From positions 32,001 through 96,000 of the IMG/VR virus record IMGVR_UViG_2595698902_000001: a DNA stretch of 64,000 bases, one strand, 5' to 3'. Shown one piece after another: positions 56,049-64,000 of this stretch. The translations under genes were made by a program, and so were the position numbers. Each line of letters opens with the position of its first letter. Position 1 is the stretch's first letter. The stretch is from a virus (taxonomy: Duplodnaviria > Caudoviricetes). The notes below the pieces were generated by a model that was not told where the DNA came from, made no database searches, and saw only the letters and a program-made list of their open reading frames with translations.

Positions 56049-58347
56049 CGTATCGAACACTGGAAACCCCTTTATGTTTCGTGACTGTAACGTAAGAGCA
56101 CTTCGGATGGGAGTGCTTGCCCTTTTGCGTGATGATGAAAACTTGTGGAACAATTCGGCGCAGGAACGGCACGTAACGCTCGACAAAAAGATTCGTCGTG
56201 GCTGCGTCCATGTGCGCGTCGGGTTCGTCAAGAATAGCCAAGTTAACCCGGCGATCATCCTTCGCCATAATCACACAGGCAAGGAAGTGTAGCAGACGGA
56301 AACTATCCGATTCAGCGCCGGACAATTCGCGCACGTCGGAAACGTTACCTTGGCCCCGGTCTACCGTAATATGCACGCCGTCTTCTTTCGCCACTACTTC
56401 AAACTTGAACGGCTCAGCGAAAATCAGCTGTGCATGTTTGTTGTAGTTTTGCTGGAGGCCGTAAACGATTTCGTGCATCGCATTTCGTTTCAAGCCCTTG
56501 CTGGAGTAGGCTTTCGCCATAGCACGGTACAGCTTGAGCTTGGCAATTAGCGGGTTGATTTCTTCAAGCTTTGTGCTCACTTCATCGCGCTGTTTGGTCA
56601 GCAGTTTATGCTCAGCGCGATAGGCGTTGTATTTCACCGTAACCTTGTGGGCTTTGGTGTATTTCTTCTCAACCTTTTTCAGTTGCTTTTCGACTTCCTT
56701 GAGCTGGGCTGCAAGATTGTCGTTTTCCGGCACTTCATCGAATTCAGCGAGGCGCGCTTCCAGACGTTTGATATCGTCCAGCATTTCCGCGTGCGCTTCC
56801 AGTTCTTCGACCGTCATGGAGGCCGAACCTTTCGGCTTCTTCGGCTTTTCCAGTTCGGAAAGCTGTTCGTTGATTTCGTCAATCCGCACAGAGTTTTCCA
56901 GCTTCTCTTGTGCGTCGTCTATTGCAGCGCGCAGCTTTTTGATTTGCTTGCGTGCCCTGTAGAAACCTTCCTCGTCGAAGCCCAGCTTTTCGATGATTTC
57001 GGTATTCTTGGCTTTGGTCATCCGAATGTCCAGCGCATGGATCATCGAATGCAAAATGCCTTTGCGTTTCTTCGCCGCTTTGACAGTGGCTTCAATGTCT
57101 TTGAGGTTTACTTTCTGGTGACAGGTCGGGCACTGGTCGCCGCCTTCGTGGTTGTGCAGCAGGTCAGCAAGTTTAAGCGTGGTTTTAACAACGCTCATTT
57201 CTTCCTGCAAAGTATCCATCGGATTGAGCTTTGCTTTGTTGCAGCGCGACAGGAACGCCCGCAGCTCCGGCTCGGTGTGATCGTCAAGGTTTTCCAATTC
57301 GCGCACGGCTGCGTCGTGTTTGTCGCGAATTTTTACCAGACGTGCATCGTCCGCTTCCAGCTTGTCGAGTTCTTGGCGCATGGCTTTTACAGAGCCGCGC
57401 AACTCTTTGCCACCAACCGCACCGCCCAGCTCTTCCAGCTTAGCCTTGAGCTTTTTGGAGCGGCGATTGTAATCCTGCAAAGCGTCTTCGTATTTCTCCA
57501 ACGCTTGCAAGTATTTGTACTGCTCTTTCAACTCGGCTTTGGTGAACTTTACTTTGCCCTTGAGTTTCTTGAGCTGCTTTGTCGTCTCCGCGTAAAACTC
57601 TACCTGCTTCAACAGGCTTTTGAGTTCCTGTCGCTTGGACTGCAATTTGGTAACTTTTTTCGACGTGGCCTTAACCGTTTCGGTAGCTTCGTCCAGTTCC
57701 TTTTGCTTGTCGCGGTTCCACCCGTTTTTATTCAGGGCGTCATTGATATTCAGCAGGTTGTGTGAGTGAACGTCGGCCTTGTTTTGCGCGATTTTTACTT
57801 CGTCTACTTTCTTTTCGTAGAACCGACGCAGCACGTCGAACTGATCTAGGCGCCACACATCGGTAATATACGACATTCGCGCACGCGGCGTACCGTACAG
57901 GAATTCCAGTTTCTTCTGCGATTGCAGATGCACGTAGGAATACCATTCCTCGGTTGTCAGCGGAATGATTTTCTCAATCTGCTCCCGCTGCGCGGCCTGT
58001 CCGCGTACCTGCAAATCAACGCCGTCGCGGAAGATTTTGTAACCAGAACCTTCCTGCCGAATTGTCCACTTGTGCCCAAGGTTGTTCACGTCAAATTCAA
58101 TGAACGAACCTTTGGAGTGAATGCGGTTTTTCTTGCGGGTATCTGCCAACGGCGTCTGCTCGAAACGCACGTTGGGCAGCATGGAGAACAGCAAGGATTT
58201 ACCAGCGCCGTTATTCTGATCTTTTGCAATCAGGGAATCGCGGTTGTGACCGCTAACCGTAGTCAGGCCGCAGTTGTTGGTAAAATCAAACTCGCCTTTC
58301 TTGTAGGAAACGATGCCCTCGAAACGGCTGCCGGTAATCTCGATCAT
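56035..58347 (-). CDS. sbcC: SbcC/Rad50/gp46-like ATPase
   Basis: NNGAGKS Walker A, Q-loop, long coiled coil, CPTC zinc hook, LSGAE signature, ILDEP Walker B. Confidence 0.93.
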   Translation of the reverse strand: MIEITGSRFEGIVSYKKGEFDFTNNCGLTTVSGHNRDSLIAKDQNNGAGKSLLFSMLPNVRFEQTPLADTRKKNRIHSKGSFIEFDVNNLGHKWTIRQEGSGYKIFRDGVDLQVRGQAAQREQIEKIIPLTTEEWYSYVHLQSQKKLEFLYGTPRARMSYITDVWRLDQFDVLRRFYEKKVDEVKIAQNKADVHSHNLLNINDALNKNGWNRDKQKELDEATETVKATSKKVTKLQSKRQELKSLLKQVEFYAETTKQLKKLKGKVKFTKAELKEQYKYLQALEKYEDALQDYNRRSKKLKAKLEELGGAVGGKELRGSVKAMRQELDKLEADDARLVKIRDKHDAAVRELENLDDHTEPELRAFLSRCNKAKLNPMDTLQEEMSVVKTTLKLADLLHNHEGGDQCPTCHQKVNLKDIEATVKAAKKRKGILHSMIHALDIRMTKAKNTEIIEKLGFDEEGFYRARKQIKKLRAAIDDAQEKLENSVRIDEINEQLSELEKPKKPKGSASMTVEELEAHAEMLDDIKRLEARLAEFDEVPENDNLAAQLKEVEKQLKKVEKKYTKAHKVTVKYNAYRAEHKLLTKQRDEVSTKLEEINPLIAKLKLYRAMAKAYSSKGLKRNAMHEIVYGLQQNYNKHAQLIFAEPFKFEVVAKEDGVHITVDRGQGNVSDVRELSGAESDSFRLLHFLACVIMAKDDRRVNLAILDEPDAHMDAATTNLFVERYVPFLRRIVPQVFIITQKGKHSHPKCSYVTVTKHKGVSSVRYDAAS

Positions 58348-60446
58348 TTTGGTTCCAGATATTCTCGGATTTCTTTGAGTTGGTTCGCTGCCATGCCCTG
58401 ATGCTCAAAGCGCAGGCGCTCTTCCATCATTTGCAGCGTAACAATCCACGAAGGTTTTACTACGGGCACCGGCAGTTCGGACAAGAACGCCTTTTCACTT
58501 TCAGAGTACACGCGAGGACGATGCACACGCACCGGCTCTTCACTGCGACCGCCGCGATACTCTTCGATCAATTCGCCGTTTTCATTTTCGCGTGGCAATG
58601 CGTCAACGTCGATTCCCAATTCTTCGGCCATGTCGCTGCTCATAATGATAAGTTCCGGTAATTCAGTGGATTCAGATGCTGCCAGAACCTCAGCGAGTTC
58701 TGCGAGTTTTTCGCCAAACTCTTTGCTTACTTCTGGATGCTCGCCAACGCGAACAAAACCGTCGTCTGCTTTGCTTACGTCAGGCAGGCTCGGGTCCAAA
58801 TCTTGCGCAGTGGTCAACCGGTTTTCAGCTACTGCAACTTCTTGCAAAGCTTCTACCAATTTTTCCTCTTCGCCTTCGGTCCAAACGTGCGGTGGTGTAC
58901 CGATTGGTGCAGGCGGTGCGGTAAGGGTAAGCGTGCCGTCTTCCAAACCCTGCTTGAGCTGTTCGACAATTGCAGGATCGACACTCATACTATTTACATT
59001 TTCCAGACCGGCGACTTCGCTAGCGTCACGCTCAGCAATTTCGATCTGTTTTTGCTCTTCCTCTTCGATGCAAGCGACAAGTTCTTTCGACAGCTCGTCG
59101 GACAACAGGTGATCGGCAGGCAGCTCGATTTCCACTACCTGTTTTTCTTCTGCGCGAGGCGGGAAAAGCCACTGCGTTTCAGCGTCGAATTCCGCCAGCT
59201 TAGTCAGGGTCAGCGCGTCGAGAATCTTTTTACGATCCGACAGATTCAGCTGGAATTTTTTCATGAACGCGGAGAAGCGGACGCCAGTGCTGATGAAATC
59301 AACAATGTCCTTGGAATCCAGCTCTTCGATTTGCTTGTACTCTTGCGTCGGGAAAGACGACGGTTTGTGATGCTGGAAATTCTCGGTTTTGTGCGGTTGT
59401 TTGGGCGAATGCTGGAAGCGCCCAAGGTGTTTGCCTTTGCTGATGTTGGCGAGATTACTAAGGTTGTAATCCAGCTCTTTCAGCACAGAGATAATCGTTT
59501 TCGGAGCCAACCGCAGCTCCATCACAACAGCAAGCAAAGAGAAACGATTATTGCGCTCAACGAATTCAGAAACGCGGGCGCGGATTTGATCCGGCTCAAG
59601 CCCAACCACGCGAATCATATACAGCGCTTCTGGATTGTAATCCGCCGTCGGGTCAACAAACTGGCCGTCGTCGTAGCAGATAACGTCATCGCTTTGCACA
59701 ACGTCGTCAAAAACATTCATGAATGCGTTGTAGTCACACTCATGGTCTTTGCAAAGGTCTTCGTAGCAGGATTTCGCGGTGAACGAATCAGTCTGCGCAC
59801 GAATGAAATCAGCAATATCAGAATCGCTAATGTGTTTGCTTTCTGGCTCTGCAACTGGCGCCGGTTCCGACGTAACCGGGATCGGTTTCACAGCTGCACG
59901 CTTGAATGCTTCGCCCGGATTGGCGAGTTCGTAGAACGAATCGATTTTAATCAGCTGTCCAGACTGACAAAGCGCACGCAACGGGCGCGCAACAGAACGC
60001 CCGTCCGTGTGCCCAAGTTTGCCCGCAATCCACGATGCTGTACGACGTTGGCCGTCGTTCATGTAGTACATAATGGATTCTTCGGTAATCACACCGACAC
60101 CAGAACGCGGCGGCAGATCGTCATTGTTTTTCGGCTTCATCGCCTCTTCAATCAATTCTTGCTTACGATCTACCATTGGCTCTACTTCCTGTGTGCTCTG
60201 TTCTGGCTCAGGCAGGCCGTAGGTTTGTGCAACCTCGGCCTGCTCTTTCTTCATGAATTCGTCGCTGATATAAAAACGGTTGTCTTCATTGCAACGAACA
60301 TACATAAGTGATTTTAGGCGTGTCACCGCACGGCTGATTTGCGTGTAAGACGACATGCACATGTCGGTGTAAACGGTAAGAGTACGCCCCGGCGCTTCAA
60401 TGATCGAAAGCAGCAGTGCGGCCTCTAATGCGGACAAGTCTTTCAT
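58344..60446 (-). CDS. Multi-winged-helix putative DNA-binding protein with acidic C-terminus
   Basis: Several wHTH-like blocks (SYTQISRAVTRLKSLMYV; TASWIAGKLG...VARPLRALCQSGQL). Confidence 0.55.
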   Translation of the reverse strand: MKDLSALEAALLLSIIEAPGRTLTVYTDMCMSSYTQISRAVTRLKSLMYVRCNEDNRFYISDEFMKKEQAEVAQTYGLPEPEQSTQEVEPMVDRKQELIEEAMKPKNNDDLPPRSGVGVITEESIMYYMNDGQRRTASWIAGKLGHTDGRSVARPLRALCQSGQLIKIDSFYELANPGEAFKRAAVKPIPVTSEPAPVAEPESKHISDSDIADFIRAQTDSFTAKSCYEDLCKDHECDYNAFMNVFDDVVQSDDVICYDDGQFVDPTADYNPEALYMIRVVGLEPDQIRARVSEFVERNNRFSLLAVVMELRLAPKTIISVLKELDYNLSNLANISKGKHLGRFQHSPKQPHKTENFQHHKPSSFPTQEYKQIEELDSKDIVDFISTGVRFSAFMKKFQLNLSDRKKILDALTLTKLAEFDAETQWLFPPRAEEKQVVEIELPADHLLSDELSKELVACIEEEEQKQIEIAERDASEVAGLENVNSMSVDPAIVEQLKQGLEDGTLTLTAPPAPIGTPPHVWTEGEEEKLVEALQEVAVAENRLTTAQDLDPSLPDVSKADDGFVRVGEHPEVSKEFGEKLAELAEVLAASESTELPELIIMSSDMAEELGIDVDALPRENENGELIEEYRGGRSEEPVRVHRPRVYSESEKAFLSELPVPVVKPSWIVTLQMMEERLRFEHQGMAANQLKEIREYLEPK

Positions 60447-60448
60447 TA

Positions 60449-61570
60449 TCAATCCTTGGCAATGAACGCACCAACCGCAGAATAAAATGCTACCGTTTCA
60501 TCGACGGTGGTGGTGTTCAGCTTGAGTTCAATCTCACTCAGCAAATTCTGGATTTGCACCAGTTCGGGAAGCTTGGATTTAACCTTGAGCGCTTCAAACA
60601 ATTTGCCATTGTACGGCGTGTATTTGTTCAGGCCGGTATGCTTGCCGATGCAGTATTCCACCAACCAACGGGTTTTGCTGATCAAGCCACGGGCACCGCC
60701 GCAGGTCTTGATTGCCTGAATCATTTTCACGTAGTCGGCTTGCAGGATCGCCGCCAGCAAGTGCGCGGAATACTGATCGAGGTCCGCTTCCATATCGACA
60801 AACGACGACATGTCGTCTGGATTGTAATCGGCACCAGAAGCCAGAACAGAAAGAAAAATATCCAGCTTCGACACTGCTTCACGAAGCGAGCCGTTACTGG
60901 ATTCTGCAATGGTGCTGATCGCTTTCTTCGCGGTCTTCTTGATCGTAGCGCCTTCGGCTTCGGCGATGAACAACAGACGCGAAACCATTGTTTCCATTTC
61001 AATCTGTTTAAGGCGCAGGTGAGTCGCACGACTTACCAAAGCTTTGTTCATTTTTTCCGGGTTGGTGGTACAGAGAACCCAAATGGTATTCGGGCTAGGA
61101 TTCTCGGTCGCAACCAACAGTGCTTTTTCACTGGCATCGCGCAGGGCGTGAACCTCGTCCACGATCACCACACGTTTGCGGAATGCTGGCGCGTTATTCG
61201 ATCCAGAAATCAGCGCACGAATTTCATCGATCTTGCCATGCACGGCGGCGTCGTGTTCGATGATATCCGGGTGCTTGTTGAATTTGCAGCTGGTGCATTT
61301 GCCGCACATGCTCAGCTTTTCGCAGTTGATCTGCTTAGCCATGATTTTGGCAAAGGAAGTTTTGCCGCAACCGTAGTGGCCGGAGAACATGATAACCGCA
61401 GGAACTTTTCCGCGTTTGAACATGCCTTCCAATGCAGCAACGGTTGCGTCTTGGCCTACCACGTCTTTCAGCCTTCGCGGGCGGTACTGGTTAGCCAATT
61501 GCGAAGTTTCAAGCGTCACCTTTTCCGAGGATTCGCCTTTCTTCTTTTTCACTTTCTCTTTAGTCGCCAT
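60449..61570 (-). CDS. dnaX: DNA polymerase III gamma/tau-type clamp loader
   Basis: LANQYRP..L.DVVGQ, SGHYGCGKTS, CGKCTSC, IEHDAA, VDEVHAL, LL...E.P, SR, GSLREA. Confidence 0.93.
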   Translation of the reverse strand: MATKEKVKKKKGESSEKVTLETSQLANQYRPRRLKDVVGQDATVAALEGMFKRGKVPAVIMFSGHYGCGKTSFAKIMAKQINCEKLSMCGKCTSCKFNKHPDIIEHDAAVHGKIDEIRALISGSNNAPAFRKRVVIVDEVHALRDASEKALLVATENPSPNTIWVLCTTNPEKMNKALVSRATHLRLKQIEMETMVSRLLFIAEAEGATIKKTAKKAISTIAESSNGSLREAVSKLDIFLSVLASGADYNPDDMSSFVDMEADLDQYSAHLLAAILQADYVKMIQAIKTCGGARGLISKTRWLVEYCIGKHTGLNKYTPYNGKLFEALKVKSKLPELVQIQNLLSEIELKLNTTTVDETVAFYSAVGAFIAKD

Positions 61571-61601
61571 GTCGAAGCTCTTTCGTTGTGGGTATACCTA
61601 C

Positions 61602-61611
61602 TATTTACAGT
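61602..61611 (-). promoter_or_regulatory. Putative phage promoter ACTGTAAATA
   Basis: 32 nt upstream of the dnaX start. Confidence 0.72.
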
Positions 61612-61919
61612 TAGATAACCATAGATGCAGGTGCGGGTTTAGGTGGCGCTGGGACAGGCGCGGGCAGAGCCTGTTTAGGTGGAATGCCGCACAAAATAAC
61701 TTTGCTATCCGTTCCAAACTTTGCAGTGTAGGAAACTGTGTTGCCGGTGTAAATGCGAATGTACACAATGCCGTCCACACAGATTTGATCTTGAGTGGAG
61801 CCGCTTCTGTAAACCATCGCTTGCCCTTCTTGCGAAAGGCTATACACAGGCGGAGGCGAGTCGGAACCACAACCGGCCAGAGCCGATGCCAGTGCGGCAA
61901 TCAAAAATACCCGTTTCAT
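61611..61919 (-). CDS. Small lipoprotein
   Basis: Signal peptide II with lipobox LAGC; CVDGIVY...C; Pro-rich tail. Confidence 0.78.
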   Translation of the reverse strand: MKRVFLIAALASALAGCGSDSPPPVYSLSQEGQAMVYRSGSTQDQICVDGIVYIRIYTGNTVSYTAKFGTDSKVILCGIPPKQALPAPVPAPPKPAPASMVI

Positions 61920-61937
61920 GTCCCAGTACCTATTTCG

Positions 61938-63104
61938 TTATTCGGCTTTGGCCGCTTTGATAGTTTTTTCGAGAAGCTTTGTGCAAGACTTCGGAATTTG
62001 CTTGCCTTTGAGGTGCGCTACAAATACTTCGGCAAACATTTTCTGCACGGAGGTGGCAGCGACTTGGCCCAACACGGCAGTTACCGAACCAGTGTTAGAA
62101 GTTGCTGCCGAGGTCGGCCAGATATCACCGAGAACCTTGCTGTTTTGGTTCAGCAGAATGTTCACGTCTTCTGGCGACATTTTGTGAATTTTCTTGAGGT
62201 AGGCCAGCGCCTCTTTGAACAGCGCGGCTTCGTCTTCTTCAAGATCACGCTGGAATTCGCGCACGCTCATTTGCGAGGAAACCAGCGAAGTGAACAGCGC
62301 TTCCATGTCGGCTTTTTTCGCCTTGGAAACTTTGGTCAGGGAGTTGTAAAGTTCCAGCCATTCCGAACGCACTTTCTCAGGAACGTAACGGAACCAAATG
62401 GCAAGGCCCGTTTCGTGGAGAACGTAGGTTTGGTTTTCGATCTGATCCTCAAGGATGACCGGGTGGAGTTTTACCAAATCAATCGGCGAGCCAGTTTTGA
62501 AACTGACGTTGTAGGTGCCGGTGGCTTTGCCTTTTGGCGAATGCACTTCGACACGCGCAAACGGATAGACTTTACCGAGGCCAATTTCTTCGACTTTCGC
62601 TACGGCTTTCTTGATGCCGATGCGCAGCGCTTTGGCTTCCGCTTCGTTGATCTTGCGGTAGTCGTGAATCTGCCCGATTGGCGAATCGATTTCACCGTGA
62701 CGCGGATTAATGGAAACGCCGAAAGCAGAACCGGGCGACGGCTGCTTACCGAGGTTGGCAACCAGCGAATCCGCGTCATATTCCACGGTTACTGGTTCGT
62801 CCATTTCCATTGTGTCCTCGACGTAAGCGGTATTGCGCTTAGGCGAGTGAGCGAAACAGAGTTTGTTTTTCTTGCCGATGCGGACGATGATGAAATCGTC
62901 TTTTTCGACAGTGATCATTGTCTTGTTGGAGACTTTGACCTTTTTCTTTACTTCGGTCGGTTCAGCACTGCCAGACACGTCGATGCTCTGGTCTTTCATG
63001 CTTTTCTTCGACTTCTTTTCTTTCTTCGGTTGCAGGTCGAGTCCTTTGGACAGGGCTACGTCCTTAGACTTCTTTTTCTTCTTTTTCTTTAGATCATCAC
63101 TCAT
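61938..63104 (-). CDS. Hypothetical protein (degenerate zincin-like LHETG motif)
   Basis: 388 aa, Lys-rich N-terminus; YVLHETGLAIW lacks the second His. Confidence 0.6.
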   Translation of the reverse strand: MSDDLKKKKKKKSKDVALSKGLDLQPKKEKKSKKSMKDQSIDVSGSAEPTEVKKKVKVSNKTMITVEKDDFIIVRIGKKNKLCFAHSPKRNTAYVEDTMEMDEPVTVEYDADSLVANLGKQPSPGSAFGVSINPRHGEIDSPIGQIHDYRKINEAEAKALRIGIKKAVAKVEEIGLGKVYPFARVEVHSPKGKATGTYNVSFKTGSPIDLVKLHPVILEDQIENQTYVLHETGLAIWFRYVPEKVRSEWLELYNSLTKVSKAKKADMEALFTSLVSSQMSVREFQRDLEEDEAALFKEALAYLKKIHKMSPEDVNILLNQNSKVLGDIWPTSAATSNTGSVTAVLGQVAATSVQKMFAEVFVAHLKGKQIPKSCTKLLEKTIKAAKAE

Positions 63105-63429
63105 TTTTCAGTACCTCTATGTACGCTACTTCTCCCTCGTAAGGAATGCCTGTAGCGGCGTGAAAGAAACGGGAAAGCTTGCGGGAATTCGCGGTGTGCA
63201 GTTTGTGTGCATCGACATGCACGCGAGAGCCTGCAAGCTTCACATAATGAATTTGCGAGAATGGAATCTCACGCTCTTCGACAATCGTGCGGATACTGGC
63301 GAACTTTTCCTTTTGGAAATCGCCCATGTACCAACCGCCTGTGAACGTTGGCAGGCTGGTCGGTGCGGGCGAACCGAACGTGCAGCGCCACACTTTTACT
63401 TTACGAAAATTTACTCTGCGAGATTTCAT
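63097..63429 (-). CDS. Hypothetical protein
   Basis: 110 aa ORF. Confidence 0.55.
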   Translation of the reverse strand: MKSRRVNFRKVKVWRCTFGSPAPTSLPTFTGGWYMGDFQKEKFASIRTIVEEREIPFSQIHYVKLAGSRVHVDAHKLHTANSRKLSRFFHAATGIPYEGEVAYIEVLKNE

Positions 63430-63453
63430 AGGTTTGCATCTTGCAATAGGGCG

Positions 63454-63711
63454 TCACGACGGACGGCTTAGGCCTGCCAAATAGACAGCTGGGTTAAACG
63501 ATTCGTCGGCTACCACTTTCAGTTCCAATTTCTGGACTTGGTAGTGGCAGTTGCCGTTACGAATTGCACTAAGAATGTCGTTGTACTTTTGCTCACTGAT
63601 GAATTCCCAATCGTCCCAGTCGGCTTCGATTTGTTCATCGGTGTGTGGGCCGCGACCGGCTGTGTCGTAGCGATACCAGCTCCGCTTTCGGTAAACGAAT
63701 TCTGTAGACAT
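63454..63711 (-). CDS. Hypothetical protein
   Basis: 85 aa, TAATG-coupled. Confidence 0.6.
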   Translation of the reverse strand: MSTEFVYRKRSWYRYDTAGRGPHTDEQIEADWDDWEFISEQKYNDILSAIRNGNCHYQVQKLELKVVADESFNPAVYLAGLSRPS

Positions 63712-64000
63712 TAGCGCGTCCGTTCGTGTTCTGGATTGTGGAACGTAAACGTGGTGTGCAGCACGTTGCCGATTTTCAGCGAACCGTAGGTGCCTTGGAA
63801 TTCCAGTGCAGCCGCGTATTCAATCTGCGCAATTCGTTCGTTTGCATTTGCGGCATACACATGGTTTCGCTCAGCAAGCAACCACGGCGTCCACTCTTTG
63901 CCGTCGAAGCAACGGAACAGCGAAATACGTTTCGTTTTTGCAGGTGTCGGGATGTTCTGCTTTGCCCGTTCGTGCTCGATGTATTTCGCCGGGTTAAACG
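63711..64000 (-). CDS. Hypothetical protein, 5' end outside the window
   Basis: Open frame FNPAKYIEHERAKQ...NPEHERTR* ending at 63711. Confidence 0.6.
   Translation of the reverse strand, partial: FNPAKYIEHERAKQNIPTPAKTKRISLFRCFDGKEWTPWLLAERNHVYAANANERIAQIEYAAALEFQGTYGSLKIGNVLHTTFTFHNPEHERTR

Noticed and set aside
1-64000. tRNA/rRNA genes, integrase, transposase, inteins or stop-codon recoding
   Set aside because: Intergenic gaps are short and explained by promoters, terminators and hairpins; polymerase, helicases and ligase are uninterrupted and of normal size in the standard code.

Overview
This is a 64-kb segment of a large contractile-tailed (myovirus-type) jumbo bacteriophage. Essentially every real gene lies on the minus strand, and the long plus-strand ORFs are antisense shadows. 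Structural modules: tail tube and a tube paralog, two tail sheaths, major capsid protein (MCP), a scaffold-like protein, a Zn-finger-insert prohead protease, Ig-repeat fibre proteins, a neck protein, a 2020-aa SNF2-type helicase and an AT-hook/histone-like protein. These alternate with replication/recombination modules: family A DNA polymerase with an N-terminal UDG-like domain, bacterial-type beta clamp, gamma/tau clamp loader, UvsW-like helicase, SbcC/SbcD and an NAD-dependent ligase. The gene content resembles, by inference only, the Erwinia Y3/Yoloswag/Alexandra and Dickeya JA/AD1 type of hairy jumbo myoviruses. The most striking observation is a set of stand-alone genes built from fragments of virion proteins: a tandem duplicate of an MCP segment (45477-46340), a free tail-sheath C-terminal-like domain (53336-53767), a sheath ICDxTNNTP loop fused to an HTH (54411-54911) and a Pth2-like-LysM fusion between them. 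These are a candidate structural-decoy/mimic system. Other signals are two phage-specific promoter-like motifs (ACTGTAAATA before non-structural genes; TAATTT(A/T) plus 5' hairpins before structural genes), a recurrent ATAS-like motif confined to putative head proteins, a GT2-TPR glycosyltransferase in the fibre operon, and a J-domain gene paired with a degenerate DnaC-like gene. All product calls come from motif recognition by eye; no database searches were run.
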